A stretch of DNA of 64,000 nucleotides, from positions 1 to 64,000 of the forward strand of contig JBHLOY010000011.1 of the NCBI GenBank assembly GCA_048939995.1, in the 5' to 3' direction. A program made the position numbers and the translations under genes. Positions within the stretch are counted from its first letter, which is position 1. Each line of letters opens with the position of its first letter. The notes under the pieces were generated by a model. The model made no database searches, was not told where the DNA came from, and was given only the letters and a program-made list of their open reading frames with translations. The DNA is from Promethearchaeota archaeon. Lineage in GTDB: Archaea; Asgardarchaeota; Lokiarchaeia; Sigyniarchaeales; SOKP01. Shown in pieces: positions 1 through 10,371 of the stretch.

Positions 1-465
1 GATTTAAGAAATAATATCAAACCTCATATAAAAATCACTGTTAACGAAATGTTTAAAAGCACTGTTATGAACTTATTCATAGCGTTTTTCGCTTTACTAA
101 TCACACCTCTTACTAAATTCAACGCCATTATATATCAATTAGAGGCGATCAAGTGGACCTTAAGGACTTCAAATTATTACTGTTTCAAAGATACTGAAAC
201 TCTTAACAATATAATTGATCGTTTTATATCACTCGAAACTTTTCATTCACAACCAAAAACAAGACTCTTCTTTGATAATTTCCTTAAGTTAAGGAAAAAC
301 CCTAAAAATGTATTCTTCTTCATGCTGCGTACTCCTCTTAGAATTATAAAGATTCATGTAAAAGCTATAATTTACAAGAAACTAGTTAAACGAAAGCCAT
401 TAAGGATTCCTTCTGAACATAAAGAACCCATTTTTCCAGACCGAAGTTTCCCTCTACAGTTTTAA
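1..465 (+). CDS. Hypothetical protein, 5'-truncated by the window edge
   Basis: The frame of the 49..465 ORF is open back to base 1 (DLRNNIKPHIKITVNEM...). No recognisable motif. Confidence 0.55.
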   Translation, partial: DLRNNIKPHIKITVNEMFKSTVMNLFIAFFALLITPLTKFNAIIYQLEAIKWTLRTSNYYCFKDTETLNNIIDRFISLETFHSQPKTRLFFDNFLKLRKNPKNVFFFMLRTPLRIIKIHVKAIIYKKLVKRKPLRIPSEHKEPIFPDRSFPLQF

Positions 466-539
466 TAATGAAAAGTTTTAATAACCTTTGAACTCTATTA
501 GTAAGTAGAACTAATTAATAACTATCCTTCTACTTTAAG

Positions 540-1097
540 ATGGAAAATAGTAATATAGACATTCGCGAATTATTTTTAGATATTTTAGCTATTTTGAAGT
601 TCGAGCTAAAGTTCTATCAATATAAAGAGAGCCCTATGTTTGAGCGAATTGTGAAAACAAGAGTGTTCCAACAAAAACTTCAGAGACTCAAGGATTTTAT
701 TAACGCTTACTTTGAAATAATGTATAAGGATGAAGAAAGTCCTATTAATCAAGCTGCACTTCGTACTCAATTAGACAATATTGCAAGAATCACCAATTAT
801 TATAATGATTTATCTGATTTTTACAAAGACCACACAAAAACTCTTATTACGAAAGAAAAACTCCAAACCTTAATAGATTATAGCCATATTGAGATCCTCT
901 TCATAATTTTTACCAATATCCTTGATTGGGAACATTATAAGAGCAGCTTAATCTTTCCGCACGATAAAGTTAAAGAAAGGATATTAAAAGAGTTCTTGAA
1001 TAAACTTGCGAGTTCAGAGATAAAAGAAACTCAAGATTTAATAGATTTAGAGCAATCAATAGAAAGTTTTGTTGAAAAAATAGAAATAGAACTATAA
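540..1097 (+). CDS. Hypothetical helical protein
   Basis: 185-aa ORF with ATG start. No motif recognised. Confidence 0.7.
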   Translation: MENSNIDIRELFLDILAILKFELKFYQYKESPMFERIVKTRVFQQKLQRLKDFINAYFEIMYKDEESPINQAALRTQLDNIARITNYYNDLSDFYKDHTKTLITKEKLQTLIDYSHIEILFIIFTNILDWEHYKSSLIFPHDKVKERILKEFLNKLASSEIKETQDLIDLEQSIESFVEKIEIEL

Positions 1098-1421
1098 TTT
1101 TAAAGACTTATTTTAACCTTCAATTTGTATGATATTGTAGCGCCTAAAAGCTTAATTTTTGAAGCTAATTTTTACAGAAATAAATTTTTCCACAATTTTA
1201 GGATTGATAACTAATTATTACTTCTCCCGATAACAGATATTCATGAAATTTTACACACAAATTTTTAATTTTCATTAATCTCTCGTGAAATTCTACCAAA
1301 AATATTTTTATATTCGTACTATCATGTTTAATACGACCATAAAAAAATATTCTAATGACATCTCAGAATCGTACGTTCTTAAATCTATCGATTCGAAAAA
1401 CTCTATTTAGGTATAAGCCGA

Positions 1422-1727
1422 ATGGATTGTATAGCCCAAATTATGGAATTTTATCATAAAAAAGCCAAAGAGGCCTCTACTCCAATTCAATTTAATAAAG
1501 TTTATTTAAGCAACCTTCTAATTAAATTAATGAGAAATTTTAATGGAAAAGTCACAAAAGAAGAAAATCTACAACTTCGAAACTGCTTGATTTTGCTTAT
1601 TAATTTATTCTCTACTGATGATACTCCAGATCATTACAATAAAAAAGGGAAGAGAGCTAACAAACTGACAGGTACTGAAAAAAACCTTTATCGAGAGATT
1701 TTAACAAATGAATTCCTCAATAATTAA
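1422..1727 (+). CDS. Hypothetical protein (start uncertain)
   Basis: 101-aa ORF. The frame is open upstream to 1383. Confidence 0.6.
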   Translation: MDCIAQIMEFYHKKAKEASTPIQFNKVYLSNLLIKLMRNFNGKVTKEENLQLRNCLILLINLFSTDDTPDHYNKKGKRANKLTGTEKNLYREILTNEFLNN

Positions 1728-4012
1728 AAAACTTTTAATTCTGCTTCCTTCCATTTTTCATATTCATTAAAGATTGTGTTTATCTTATCAAAAATTTTAT
1801 TTAATAGCTTTTTAATATCTTTATTTTTACCAAATGTATCATTAATTACACTATTTAAGTTTACATTAAATTCTAAAGTCAGTTCTGAAATTTTTTCTAA
1901 ATCTTTCTTACTAATTCCATTCTCTTCTAACTGCTTAAACGCAACTTCAAATTCTTGGTTTAATCTTATGGTCGCTCTTAAAGATTTGGAACATTTTTCA
2001 AGAAGTTCTCGTTCTTTTTCATAAACTAATTGATCTTCTTTAGATAAATCAGATGTACCATTTAATATTTCTACTCTCTCATTTAACAGATTTTTAACAC
2101 GTTCATAAATTATAATTGCTTCTTTAATTTTTTGCATAGTTTTTAATAAATCATTTTTTCTTGCTAAACGAGCTTCAATAATCTTTAAGGAAGCATCTTC
2201 ATAATAGATCTGTAGTTCTCCAAAAGTACTTTTTTCTCCTTCAGCAATTTTTAACACTATTTGCTTTAGATCTTCATTAAGTAATTCTCTCTCTTGTTCT
2301 ATCAAACTATCATCTTTTAGTAAATCAAAAATTTGATTAGCGGTTATTTGAATTGAAGTTGCTTTTATGTTTAGATCACGTGCTTTTTCTACAATATTAG
2401 TAATACTCCTAAATTCACCCTCTTTTTCACAATAATTAAAGATCTTTATAGCATCACTTATCAATTGATTAAACTTTTGGGGATTACTTTCTATATAATA
2501 CTTGGAATCCTGAACTTTTTGAATTGCTCTATCCATTTGAATTTCTAATTCAAAAATGTAATCTAACAAGCTTACTTGTTTTCTCTCAGATAAGATCATT
2601 GATTTAGTCGTTAAATCCTTTCCCACACTTCGACTAGCGAAAAACCAAAGAATACAAGCTGGTATCCAAAAAAACATAGAAAAGAACATCATGTTATAAA
2701 TTCCTCCCAAAAATGATATTAAAAAATAAGAGGCAAACAAGGTAACACTCTTTCCAACTTGTTCCGAAAGATTCAAAAACGAAACCGAAGTACCCCTATG
2801 CTCGGGTAAATTAATATCTATCATAACAGCATTTCTATTTGCGACTGGACCCGCAATTAAGATCGTTCCTATTAAGCCAAAAATAAAATAATAAATATAA
2901 TTAGGATATTTTGAGAAAATCTCTCCTAATGTAAGAAAGATATAACTAGCGAGTTCTGTTGTCGGAATTGGGGATGGGTAAGAAATAGTTAATACACTTA
3001 ATTCAACTGGAGTAATTAAAAGTAATGTTGTAATATAGAAGGGCAGAGCTAATACCATACAGAGAGCCCCTAATCTTGTTCTATTTTTCTTATTTCTCCG
3101 ATATAGTACATCTCCCAAATAAGAAAGAACCAAATTTCCAACAATGTAACCTATTCCTAATACCCCTGCTAAAATCGTAGCAGTCTGTAATCGAATCTCG
3201 ATAGGTAACTCGTATAAATAATATATATTTAACATTGAGGTTAAAAAAAAGATAGTGATAGTACCTGGAATGATGGAGAAAAAATTTTGAAAAATAAGGT
3301 ATCGATTAGTTTTTTTTCTTATGATCCTTGATAAATCTTCTTTAGAAATGGTATAACTATATTCAAGATTTAATTCAACTAAATCTAATAATTCCTCCTC
3401 TTTCATTCCCCGTTTAGGAATTTTTACAAAAAACAATAAAAATACAATAACAATACTAATACAAGATAGTAAGAAAAAGGGAAATCTCCATGTAGGGAAA
3501 AAATAAGGAACTCTCCATATTGGACCAATAAATGATGATAATGCCTGTCCAACACCATTAGAGATTGAACTCAAAATAGCTAAAGTCCCAAACCATCCTG
3601 AGCGCTCATCCGGAGGTATGGCATCTGAGATTATAGAGTATCCAACAGGGAGAACACATCCAAGACCTGCCCCACTTAGCATTCTTGAGATAATTAGCAT
3701 TACATAATTACTTGATGTAGCTGTTAGCATCATTCCAATTGTCCAAGAAAAAGCTCCTGCCAGAATTACCTTTGTTCTATCAATCCGATCTGTATAATAA
3801 CCCCATAATAAAGCAAAAAGTGCGCTAATTAATACAAAAAACGCATCTGGAATGGCTAATAAGGATTCTGGGATGCCGAAGTCAGACTGAATCTGTGCAT
3901 AACTAGGGATAAGCATATTAGCACACGCTATTGATACAAATAGCAATAACATGACCAATAGGATCGGTGCTAAGTCCTTTATTTTAACTTTTGTTAATTT
4001 AAAAAGTCCGAT
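1724..4012 (-). CDS. MFS transporter with a long C-terminal cytoplasmic helical/coiled-coil extension
   Basis: MFS motif A (GYYTDRIDRTK), about 12 hydrophobic segments, then ~300 aa of charged helix. The called TTG at 3958 lies within TM1. The frame is open to 4015, with a candidate ATC start at 4012. Confidence 0.85.
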   Translation of the reverse strand: MGLFKLTKVKIKDLAPILLVMLLLFVSIACANMLIPSYAQIQSDFGIPESLLAIPDAFFVLISALFALLWGYYTDRIDRTKVILAGAFSWTIGMMLTATSSNYVMLIISRMLSGAGLGCVLPVGYSIISDAIPPDERSGWFGTLAILSSISNGVGQALSSFIGPIWRVPYFFPTWRFPFFLLSCISIVIVFLLFFVKIPKRGMKEEELLDLVELNLEYSYTISKEDLSRIIRKKTNRYLIFQNFFSIIPGTITIFFLTSMLNIYYLYELPIEIRLQTATILAGVLGIGYIVGNLVLSYLGDVLYRRNKKNRTRLGALCMVLALPFYITTLLLITPVELSVLTISYPSPIPTTELASYIFLTLGEIFSKYPNYIYYFIFGLIGTILIAGPVANRNAVMIDINLPEHRGTSVSFLNLSEQVGKSVTLFASYFLISFLGGIYNMMFFSMFFWIPACILWFFASRSVGKDLTTKSMILSERKQVSLLDYIFELEIQMDRAIQKVQDSKYYIESNPQKFNQLISDAIKIFNYCEKEGEFRSITNIVEKARDLNIKATSIQITANQIFDLLKDDSLIEQERELLNEDLKQIVLKIAEGEKSTFGELQIYYEDASLKIIEARLARKNDLLKTMQKIKEAIIIYERVKNLLNERVEILNGTSDLSKEDQLVYEKERELLEKCSKSLRATIRLNQEFEVAFKQLEENGISKKDLEKISELTLEFNVNLNSVINDTFGKNKDIKKLLNKIFDKINTIFNEYEKWKEAELKVF

Positions 4013-4119
4013 AAGCTATAACCCTTCAATTCTTATTATAATTAATAACCTTTGAGAATTAAAAAACCTTTCAAACAAAAATTTTTTTAAAAAATAACTC
4101 TAAAATTGAAAATCTTCAA

Positions 4120-4830
4120 TTAGATCAATAATGACATGTAATAATTTAATGCGTATTCAACATGAATATCGATTGTATCCAACAATTTTAATGGTGTATC
4201 TTTTTGTTGTAATATCAATGGAAGCTCGGTACACCCCAAAATGACTCCATCTACTTCATATTTATGTATTATGTCTAAAAGTTTTTGTTTACTTTTTTGT
4301 TTGAAAAAACCTATAACCAATTCATCAAATATGATTTTATCAATCTCATCTTGCTCATGATTTGATGGAGTTATTACATCCATTCCAAATTTTCTGAATT
4401 CATCCTTATAGAAAGCAGATTGCATAGTGAACTTAATACCAAGTAATAACAGTTTATTCATATCATCTTTTCTTGCTTGTTCAGCTGCTGCTTTAACTAT
4501 ACTTAGGATTGGAACTTCTGTCCTTTTTTTCAAATCCTCGTAAACTGCATGTGGAGAATTAGCTGCCATAAGAATAAATCCTACTCCTGCATTTTGTAAA
4601 AAGTTTATGCCTTCCATCAAATAATTAATGTATTCTTCTAATTTACCTCCAAGCTCGTAATCTATTACTCTTTGAAAATTTAAACTGAATATGACAATTT
4701 CTGGATAGGAATAATTTTGCTCCTTCTCATAATACTTTTCTAAGAAAAGCTGGTAATATTTTAAAGTGGATTCATAGGACATTCCACCAAGTAATCCTAC
4801 TCTTATGTTTTTCATATACTTAACCTGCAA
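4120..4830 (-). CDS. Aspartate/amino-acid racemase family protein
   Basis: GLLGGMSYEST N-terminal motif and ILGCTELP motif. The first catalytic Cys position reads AANSPH. Confidence 0.88.
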   Translation of the reverse strand: MQVKYMKNIRVGLLGGMSYESTLKYYQLFLEKYYEKEQNYSYPEIVIFSLNFQRVIDYELGGKLEEYINYLMEGINFLQNAGVGFILMAANSPHAVYEDLKKRTEVPILSIVKAAAEQARKDDMNKLLLLGIKFTMQSAFYKDEFRKFGMDVITPSNHEQDEIDKIIFDELVIGFFKQKSKQKLLDIIHKYEVDGVILGCTELPLILQQKDTPLKLLDTIDIHVEYALNYYMSLLI

Positions 4831-4878
4831 AACTTATAATTTATAAAAATGAATCTCGAAAATTCAATTTATCGAAAT

Positions 4879-4902
4879 TACGTGAAATACCGATTTCACG
4901 TA
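4879..4902. repeat. Perfect 10-bp inverted repeat (TACGTGAAAT-accg-ATTTCACGTA), possible operator or hairpin
   Basis: Seen directly. It lies between the tRNA 3' end and the racemase start. Confidence 0.6.
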
Positions 4903-5015
4903 GAAATATATTGTTCTAAATGTCTAATAGATAATTATCTTGAAATTATTCTTAAAATCTTAAAATCTAGCAATAAAGCTATAATTCTTCAAGGTATATA
5001 ATGGAGCTGGGGGGA

Positions 5016-5047
5016 ATTCCATTACACGGATAAATTCCATAGAGTCC
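5016..5047 (-). other. tRNA intron at position 59/60 (32 nt, BHB-type)
   Basis: Central helix TTCA/TGGA, bulges ATG and ATT, outer helix GGGGG/CCCCC. Cleavage restores the T-loop TTCAATT. Confidence 0.85.
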
Positions 5048-5086
5048 ATTGAACCCCCGGCCTTTCGCATGCCAAGCGAACGATCT

Positions 5087-5104
5087 TATGGAAAATTTAA
5101 ATTT
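5087..5104 (-). other. tRNA D-loop intron (~18 nt, relaxed BHB/BHL)
   Basis: Central helix TGGA/TCCA, bulges AAA and TAA. Boundaries are uncertain by 1-2 nt because of the A-run. Confidence 0.7.
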
Positions 5105-5230
5105 TTTCCACTAATCCACAGCCCCTTAGTGTTTAGAAAAGCTGACAGTAAGATAAACTAATCATCAATCTTAAAAAAAAATTATGGTTTTTAGAGTATT
5201 AAAAAAATAAATAAATAGCTATTTTATTAT

Positions 5231-8200
5231 TTGATACCTATGAAAAAAAATCTAATTAATTTCAAAAATCTATTTACTGCAACAATCCTTATAATTACGT
5301 TTTTAACGCCAATTATAGGAATCAACGCTTACTTCAGTCAAAATACTCTTTATGACAAGCAATTTCAATTGGATACAACTCAAATCCTCTCCTCATTGAA
5401 TTTACAATCGAATGCAGAATCATCTTCTGGACAAAGATTAGAAACAAAGTACACCATTTTTGATAATGAATTGAACCAATATTTAAGAAATATCAAACTA
5501 AAGGAGAATAACCAGGAAAATGTAAATATCATAGTCGTTTTTAACGATTCAATTGAAAAATTCAAAAGAATAGAAGTTATCAGTTCAATTCTAGGGGATG
5601 TCAAAATAATCAATAATTACGATATAATTCCTGGAGTTTACATGTCTTGTAATTCAAATAATTTACTATTAAAGGCAGAACAATTGAAGGATGTGGGCAT
5701 AATTAGAAAGATCTATAAATCTAAATTATACTCATATCCAGTTGAAACCATTCAAACTCCACAATCAAGTGCCTTAAATAGTCTAAATTATCCTAATTGG
5801 TGGATACCTGCTATTGGAGCCAACAATTTGCCATATGATGGTTCAGGGGTAAGAGTAGCAATAGTCGATACTGGTATTTATGAGCACCCTGATTTAAATA
5901 TAGTTCAAAGTAAAAACTTTATTACAGGAGAAAGCTCATTTTATGTAGATGATATTTATGGGCACGGAACTCATGTTGCTGGAATTGTGGGATCCAATGG
6001 ATCAAGCTCGGGTGGCATATATAGAGGTGTTGCTCCTGGCGTTTCACTAATTAATGCAAAGGCAGGTGGACTTGAAGGCTTAGAGGATGGTGATATAATT
6101 AGTGCAATTGATTGGTCAGTTCTTCCAGTTAGCAGTGGAGGCGCTGAAGCAGATATAATCTCAATGAGTTTTGGTGGTGGTTATCCAAATGCTAGTGATC
6201 CTCTCGCAAGGGCAATGACAAATGCTGCTCAGGATTATGGAGTGATTCTAGTATCTTCAGCAGGAAATTCTGGACCAGATTTCTTTACAGGCGGCTCACC
6301 TGCTTCAGGGCCCTATATTATTTCAGTAGGAGCAACAGACAGCAATAATAATCTTGCTTCTTTTAGTAGCTGGGGGCCAACTACTAGTTATTTAGGTTAC
6401 CCAGATGTTGTTGCTCCTGGTGTAAATATCATAGCGACTGAAGCGCCAAATTCTGTTATCTCCAAAGAACAACGCTATAAAGAGGATTATTTTGACTATA
6501 CCGGAGATGCTGATTATATACCCCTAAGTGGAACTAGTATGTCCTGTCCTATGGTAGCAGGAGCTTTAGCACTCATAAGAGAAGCCTATCCATCAATAAC
6601 TCCTGAAACAGCACGAATTGCTCTATTAGAAGGTGCGACTAAATTTATTGATCATAACTTCCTTAAATTTGGTGCTGGAATAATTAACGTTTCCAAATCT
6701 TTACAATTTCTTAATCAAATTAATCTTTCATATGGAAATGTCAATAATGTCTCAAAATTTTTTCCAGACGAAATACCCTTGAAACCATTTGATCTACTAC
6801 ATTTTCCAGGTGATTATCAATCTTATAACTTAACACTATTGTCAGGAATAGCTAACACTTATGATATCAATATTCCTTCTAACATTGATGGTCTATCTGT
6901 TTTCTTAGATAAAACTCAAGTTCCATTTACAGATTCAGGTTTTAATTTTGTTACATTAGATATTAAAATTAAAACTGATTCGAAGCCGGGGATAAAATCA
7001 TTTGAATTAAATATGACTTCTGGAACCAGAGTCTACGATTCGATTACAATCTCAGTTGATGTAAAATTACCAAACTATAAGATTTTAATGGAATCATATC
7101 ATGGTCTAAATGATTGGTTCCCAGAGGTTTCCTTTTATCAAATGAGATTTTATGATGTGATGGATTCACTTTCAGAAATGAATATATCAATAGATTATAC
7201 CGCAGAATTTTGGACTCCTTATTATAATAAAAATACCGATAATTCATTTTTGACGGAAGAAATGTTATCAAGATATGATTTAATTGTCCTTCAGAATCCA
7301 GTTTTACCTATTAATCCGTTAGAGATGAATTTTATTAAAGATTACTTCAGTAATGGAGGAAACATACTCTTCTTAGGCACACGGTATCAAGATTTATGTT
7401 CAGATAATTTAAATGTATTATTTAACAAGCTTGAGCTTGATCTTCAAATAAATGAAGAAAATATTGTGTATGATACATGGCTAGGCATTGGTTTAAGATT
7501 AAATACATACAATGTTACCAATTTAAATTCTACATCTATTTTTAATGGAGTTGATAAATTTCTATGGTCCTATGGAAATACTTTTACAACTTCTGGAAGT
7601 GTAAAATCAATAGCATCAATTGACGGTAAAACTATTGCCGCTTCATATGATGGAACCCCCTACGGGAAAGGTAAATTTGTTGCTTTTGGAGATTTGCATT
7701 GGCTAACTGATTATTTCGCTAGTACAAGTTATCGGCAAGATCACTTTAGACTATTACAGAATTTAATCGATTTCTTTCTATATCAAGAAGATGTATCAAT
7801 TAATTTAAATTCAAATTCTGGAATAACCTCGGATCCACAAATAAATGTTTCTGCTTATATTAAAGACCAAATAACGAATCATCCAATAGGATCCTCAATA
7901 CTGAACTTCAATTTATCGGTTTCTGTTAAGAATAATGGATATTCTGAAATGTTCAAGATGTATTCCCCATTCGATGGATATGCATATAATTATTCTCTCA
8001 TTTTACCATTTCCAAGTGACGTTCCTTATGATATTGTTGTAAATCTAACACTAGGGCAGCAAATTTTCAGTAAAACAATAAAGGTGCTTTACTATGATAG
8101 TAATTCTTATCCTCAGATAATAAATCAAACGATTTCTGATTCCACTATAAGGGATGGTTTTGATTCCTTAACAATCTTATCCTCCCTTAATGAACCAGGT

Positions 8201-9199
8201 TATGATGTAGACGCATACATGGCTATTTATTCTTATTCTCTCTTTAATTCAAAGAAAACTGTGAATAGAACCCTTAATAACTTCAACAATCCTCCTTTTT
8301 CAAGTACCTACACTAAAAGTTACACTCCTACAATTAATGATCCTACGGGTTTAGTTATTGCGTATACCGTACCAAAAAATCTAAGTTCTAACTATTATAA
8401 TCCTTTTTCCAAACGGCTTTTAACTTCAATTATAAATTATGTCCCTATAATCGATGAATATAATTCAAGCTTTTCTATTGATGGTTCTGTTATAACAAGA
8501 TTTGAAGATACACATTCATTGGATATTACATTTGTACAGAGAGCATCTCAAGGAAGTATGATTGATTTTAGCGTGAAAGCTTATGAATCAGTAGGTTATG
8601 AGGATCCTAATATGTCTAAAATGCGGGTTTCAATTAACTTTTTCATTTGTCTTGTTTCTCAGGACGATTTTCTGGTAATCATATTTCCAAATACTTTTCC
8701 CGTAATCGAATTAAACTATCAAGCTACTTCTGATACCCATCAAGGAACTTTTGAAATCCCTTATAATATACAATACTCTACAATAAAAGGATTAGTGTCA
8801 ATACCAACTGTGACAGATTTTGATTTAGACACTAATGAAGGCTACTTAGCAATTATTATGATTTCTGTAGATGATAGTGAAGGTGGTACTAATGATTTTA
8901 TTATTATTTTCTTTATCAATGTAGGAAGGCAACTAAATTTATTTCTAGGATTAATTATTGCTGCAGTAGCTATCGGGACTAGTTTATTAATTCTGGTGCT
9001 TGTGTTAAGAAAAAGGAAAAAATCACGAATTCAAAAATTCACACAAGAATATTATAGCCCAGATGATACCACAACTGAACAAGACACAACACAACAACCT
9101 TATCTGCCATCATTTGGATTTTGTCCTTATTGTGGCTATAAATTGATATCATTTAAAAATTTCTGTCCAAATTGTGGAAAACAATTTAAATTCATGTAA
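5231..9199 (+). CDS. Membrane-anchored subtilisin-family (S8) serine protease with a GldG/IFT52-like domain, C-terminal TM and zinc ribbon
   Basis: Catalytic triad motifs VDTG, HGTHVAG, GTSMSCP. N-terminal signal/TM, C-terminal TM followed by RKRKK, then CPYCG...CPNCG. ATG 5240 is an alternative start. Confidence 0.92.
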   Translation: MIPMKKNLINFKNLFTATILIITFLTPIIGINAYFSQNTLYDKQFQLDTTQILSSLNLQSNAESSSGQRLETKYTIFDNELNQYLRNIKLKENNQENVNIIVVFNDSIEKFKRIEVISSILGDVKIINNYDIIPGVYMSCNSNNLLLKAEQLKDVGIIRKIYKSKLYSYPVETIQTPQSSALNSLNYPNWWIPAIGANNLPYDGSGVRVAIVDTGIYEHPDLNIVQSKNFITGESSFYVDDIYGHGTHVAGIVGSNGSSSGGIYRGVAPGVSLINAKAGGLEGLEDGDIISAIDWSVLPVSSGGAEADIISMSFGGGYPNASDPLARAMTNAAQDYGVILVSSAGNSGPDFFTGGSPASGPYIISVGATDSNNNLASFSSWGPTTSYLGYPDVVAPGVNIIATEAPNSVISKEQRYKEDYFDYTGDADYIPLSGTSMSCPMVAGALALIREAYPSITPETARIALLEGATKFIDHNFLKFGAGIINVSKSLQFLNQINLSYGNVNNVSKFFPDEIPLKPFDLLHFPGDYQSYNLTLLSGIANTYDINIPSNIDGLSVFLDKTQVPFTDSGFNFVTLDIKIKTDSKPGIKSFELNMTSGTRVYDSITISVDVKLPNYKILMESYHGLNDWFPEVSFYQMRFYDVMDSLSEMNISIDYTAEFWTPYYNKNTDNSFLTEEMLSRYDLIVLQNPVLPINPLEMNFIKDYFSNGGNILFLGTRYQDLCSDNLNVLFNKLELDLQINEENIVYDTWLGIGLRLNTYNVTNLNSTSIFNGVDKFLWSYGNTFTTSGSVKSIASIDGKTIAASYDGTPYGKGKFVAFGDLHWLTDYFASTSYRQDHFRLLQNLIDFFLYQEDVSINLNSNSGITSDPQINVSAYIKDQITNHPIGSSILNFNLSVSVKNNGYSEMFKMYSPFDGYAYNYSLILPFPSDVPYDIVVNLTLGQQIFSKTIKVLYYDSNSYPQIINQTISDSTIRDGFDSLTILSSLNEPGYDVDAYMAIYSYSLFNSKKTVNRTLNNFNNPPFSSTYTKSYTPTINDPTGLVIAYTVPKNLSSNYYNPFSKRLLTSIINYVPIIDEYNSSFSIDGSVITRFEDTHSLDITFVQRASQGSMIDFSVKAYESVGYEDPNMSKMRVSINFFICLVSQDDFLVIIFPNTFPVIELNYQATSDTHQGTFEIPYNIQYSTIKGLVSIPTVTDFDLDTNEGYLAIIMISVDDSEGGTNDFIIIFFINVGRQLNLFLGLIIAAVAIGTSLLILVLVLRKRKKSRIQKFTQEYYSPDDTTTEQDTTQQPYLPSFGFCPYCGYKLISFKNFCPNCGKQFKFM

Positions 9200-9226
9200 T
9201 AAATAAATAGTCCTTATTTTTTTTCT

Positions 9227-9934
9227 TTATTTTTGAATAACTAAGACATTCCCATCTTTTTGACCAATATATGCTTTTGATGTCATATTTATAAAGAGAC
9301 CTGTATCTACAATCCCGGAAATTCTTAATAGTTCCAAATTCTGCTCGAGAGGATTTTCTATTATCCCAAAGTCAACATCTAAGATAAGATTGCCATTATC
9401 AGTGACTACTGGGCCTAATTTTGCTTTGGCTATCCTCAGTTTTGGTTTTCCTCCTAATTGTTCCAACTTTTTCATGACGGGGACATAAGCCATGGGTATA
9501 ACTTCAATAGGGATGCCATTTCTCCAGTTTTCACCTAAATTTTTTGAATTCTTTCTAAAATCTGCTATAATTATAAACTTTTTAGAATTTGAAGCCAAAA
9601 TCTTTTCTTGTACTAAACATCCCCCACCGCCTTTTATTAAATTTAGGTTTTTGTCAATTTCATCAGCACCATCAATATCTAAATCAACTTCAGGATATTG
9701 GCTTAGAGACACCATTGGCAAATCATTTTCAATAATCAATTGAGATGATTGAAAAGATGAAGGGATGCATTTTAAGTTTAAGTGTTCACTTTTATTCATC
9801 TCAGCTATTTCTTTTAAAGCATAAACTACTGTTGAACCGCTTCCTATACCAAGAATCATATTTTTCTTTATATTCTCTCTCACTGCTTTTATGGCAGCTT
9901 TTCTTTTCCCTTGTTCTATTAATTCTTCACTCAT
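9227..9934 (-). CDS. rpiA: Ribose-5-phosphate isomerase A
   Basis: GIGSGST, DGADEID and IKGGGG motifs. GTGAT SD precedes the ATG at 9934. Confidence 0.96.
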   Translation of the reverse strand: MSEELIEQGKRKAAIKAVRENIKKNMILGIGSGSTVVYALKEIAEMNKSEHLNLKCIPSSFQSSQLIIENDLPMVSLSQYPEVDLDIDGADEIDKNLNLIKGGGGCLVQEKILASNSKKFIIIADFRKNSKNLGENWRNGIPIEVIPMAYVPVMKKLEQLGGKPKLRIAKAKLGPVVTDNGNLILDVDFGIIENPLEQNLELLRISGIVDTGLFINMTSKAYIGQKDGNVLVIQK

Positions 9935-9945
9935 GTGGATCACTT

Positions 9946-10371
9946 TTAAATTCGATTTAAAAGCTTTAAAATTCTTATTGCTAAATAAGCCGCATTATCA
10001 CCTCTATCAATACCTACACAAGCCACTGGAACTCTTGGTGGCATTTGTACGATAGATAATAAAGCGTCTAAGCCTCCTAATTTGGCACTAACTGGGACTC
10101 CAATGACCGGTTTGTCTGTTTTTGAGGCTATTACTCCAGGTAATGCTGCGGATAATCCAGCAATCGCAATATATAATAAAGACTTACAAGATTTAATATA
10201 TTGATCCAATTTATCTGGATCTCTATGAGCAGATAGAATCTGAAGATCGTATGGAATCTTGTTTTCTTTTAATACCTCTTCAGCTTTTTCATAAACTTCC
10301 TTATCTGATGTACTGCCCGCGATTATTGAAATTAATGGATTTTGGCTAATATTCTGCTTTTTACTCATCAT
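9946..10371 (-). CDS. purE: N5-CAIR mutase / AIR carboxylase
   Basis: [26 protein letters not shown] and VQMPP motifs. Confidence 0.95.
   Translation of the reverse strand: MMSKKQNISQNPLISIIAGSTSDKEVYEKAEEVLKENKIPYDLQILSAHRDPDKLDQYIKSCKSLLYIAIAGLSAALPGVIASKTDKPVIGVPVSAKLGGLDALLSIVQMPPRVPVACVGIDRGDNAAYLAIRILKLLNRI

Larger units (their letters stand above)
5002..5125 (-). tRNA. tRNA-Ala(GGC) with two non-canonical introns (D-loop ~20b/21 and T-loop 59/60); no encoded CCA
   Basis: Acceptor stem GGGGCTG/CAGCTCC with G3:U70 and A73. Anticodon arm TTCGC-TTGGCAT-GCGAA. T-stem GGGGG/CCCCC. Removing 5087-5104 and 5016-5047 leaves a 74-nt cloverleaf. Confidence 0.92.

Noticed and set aside
1324-1421. 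Possible third BHB intron or frameshift joining upstream ATGs (1324/1355) to ORF 1422, around the GAATCG/CGATTC hairpin
   Set aside because: No register I tried gave a 4-bp helix with two 3-nt bulges that restores the frame. A one-base homopolymer indel or a true start at 1422 explains it equally well.
3480-3530. BHB-like TCCA/TGGA pairing within the MFS gene at the WR...WR duplication
   Set aside because: Excision would remove 34 nt and frameshift an intact ORF.
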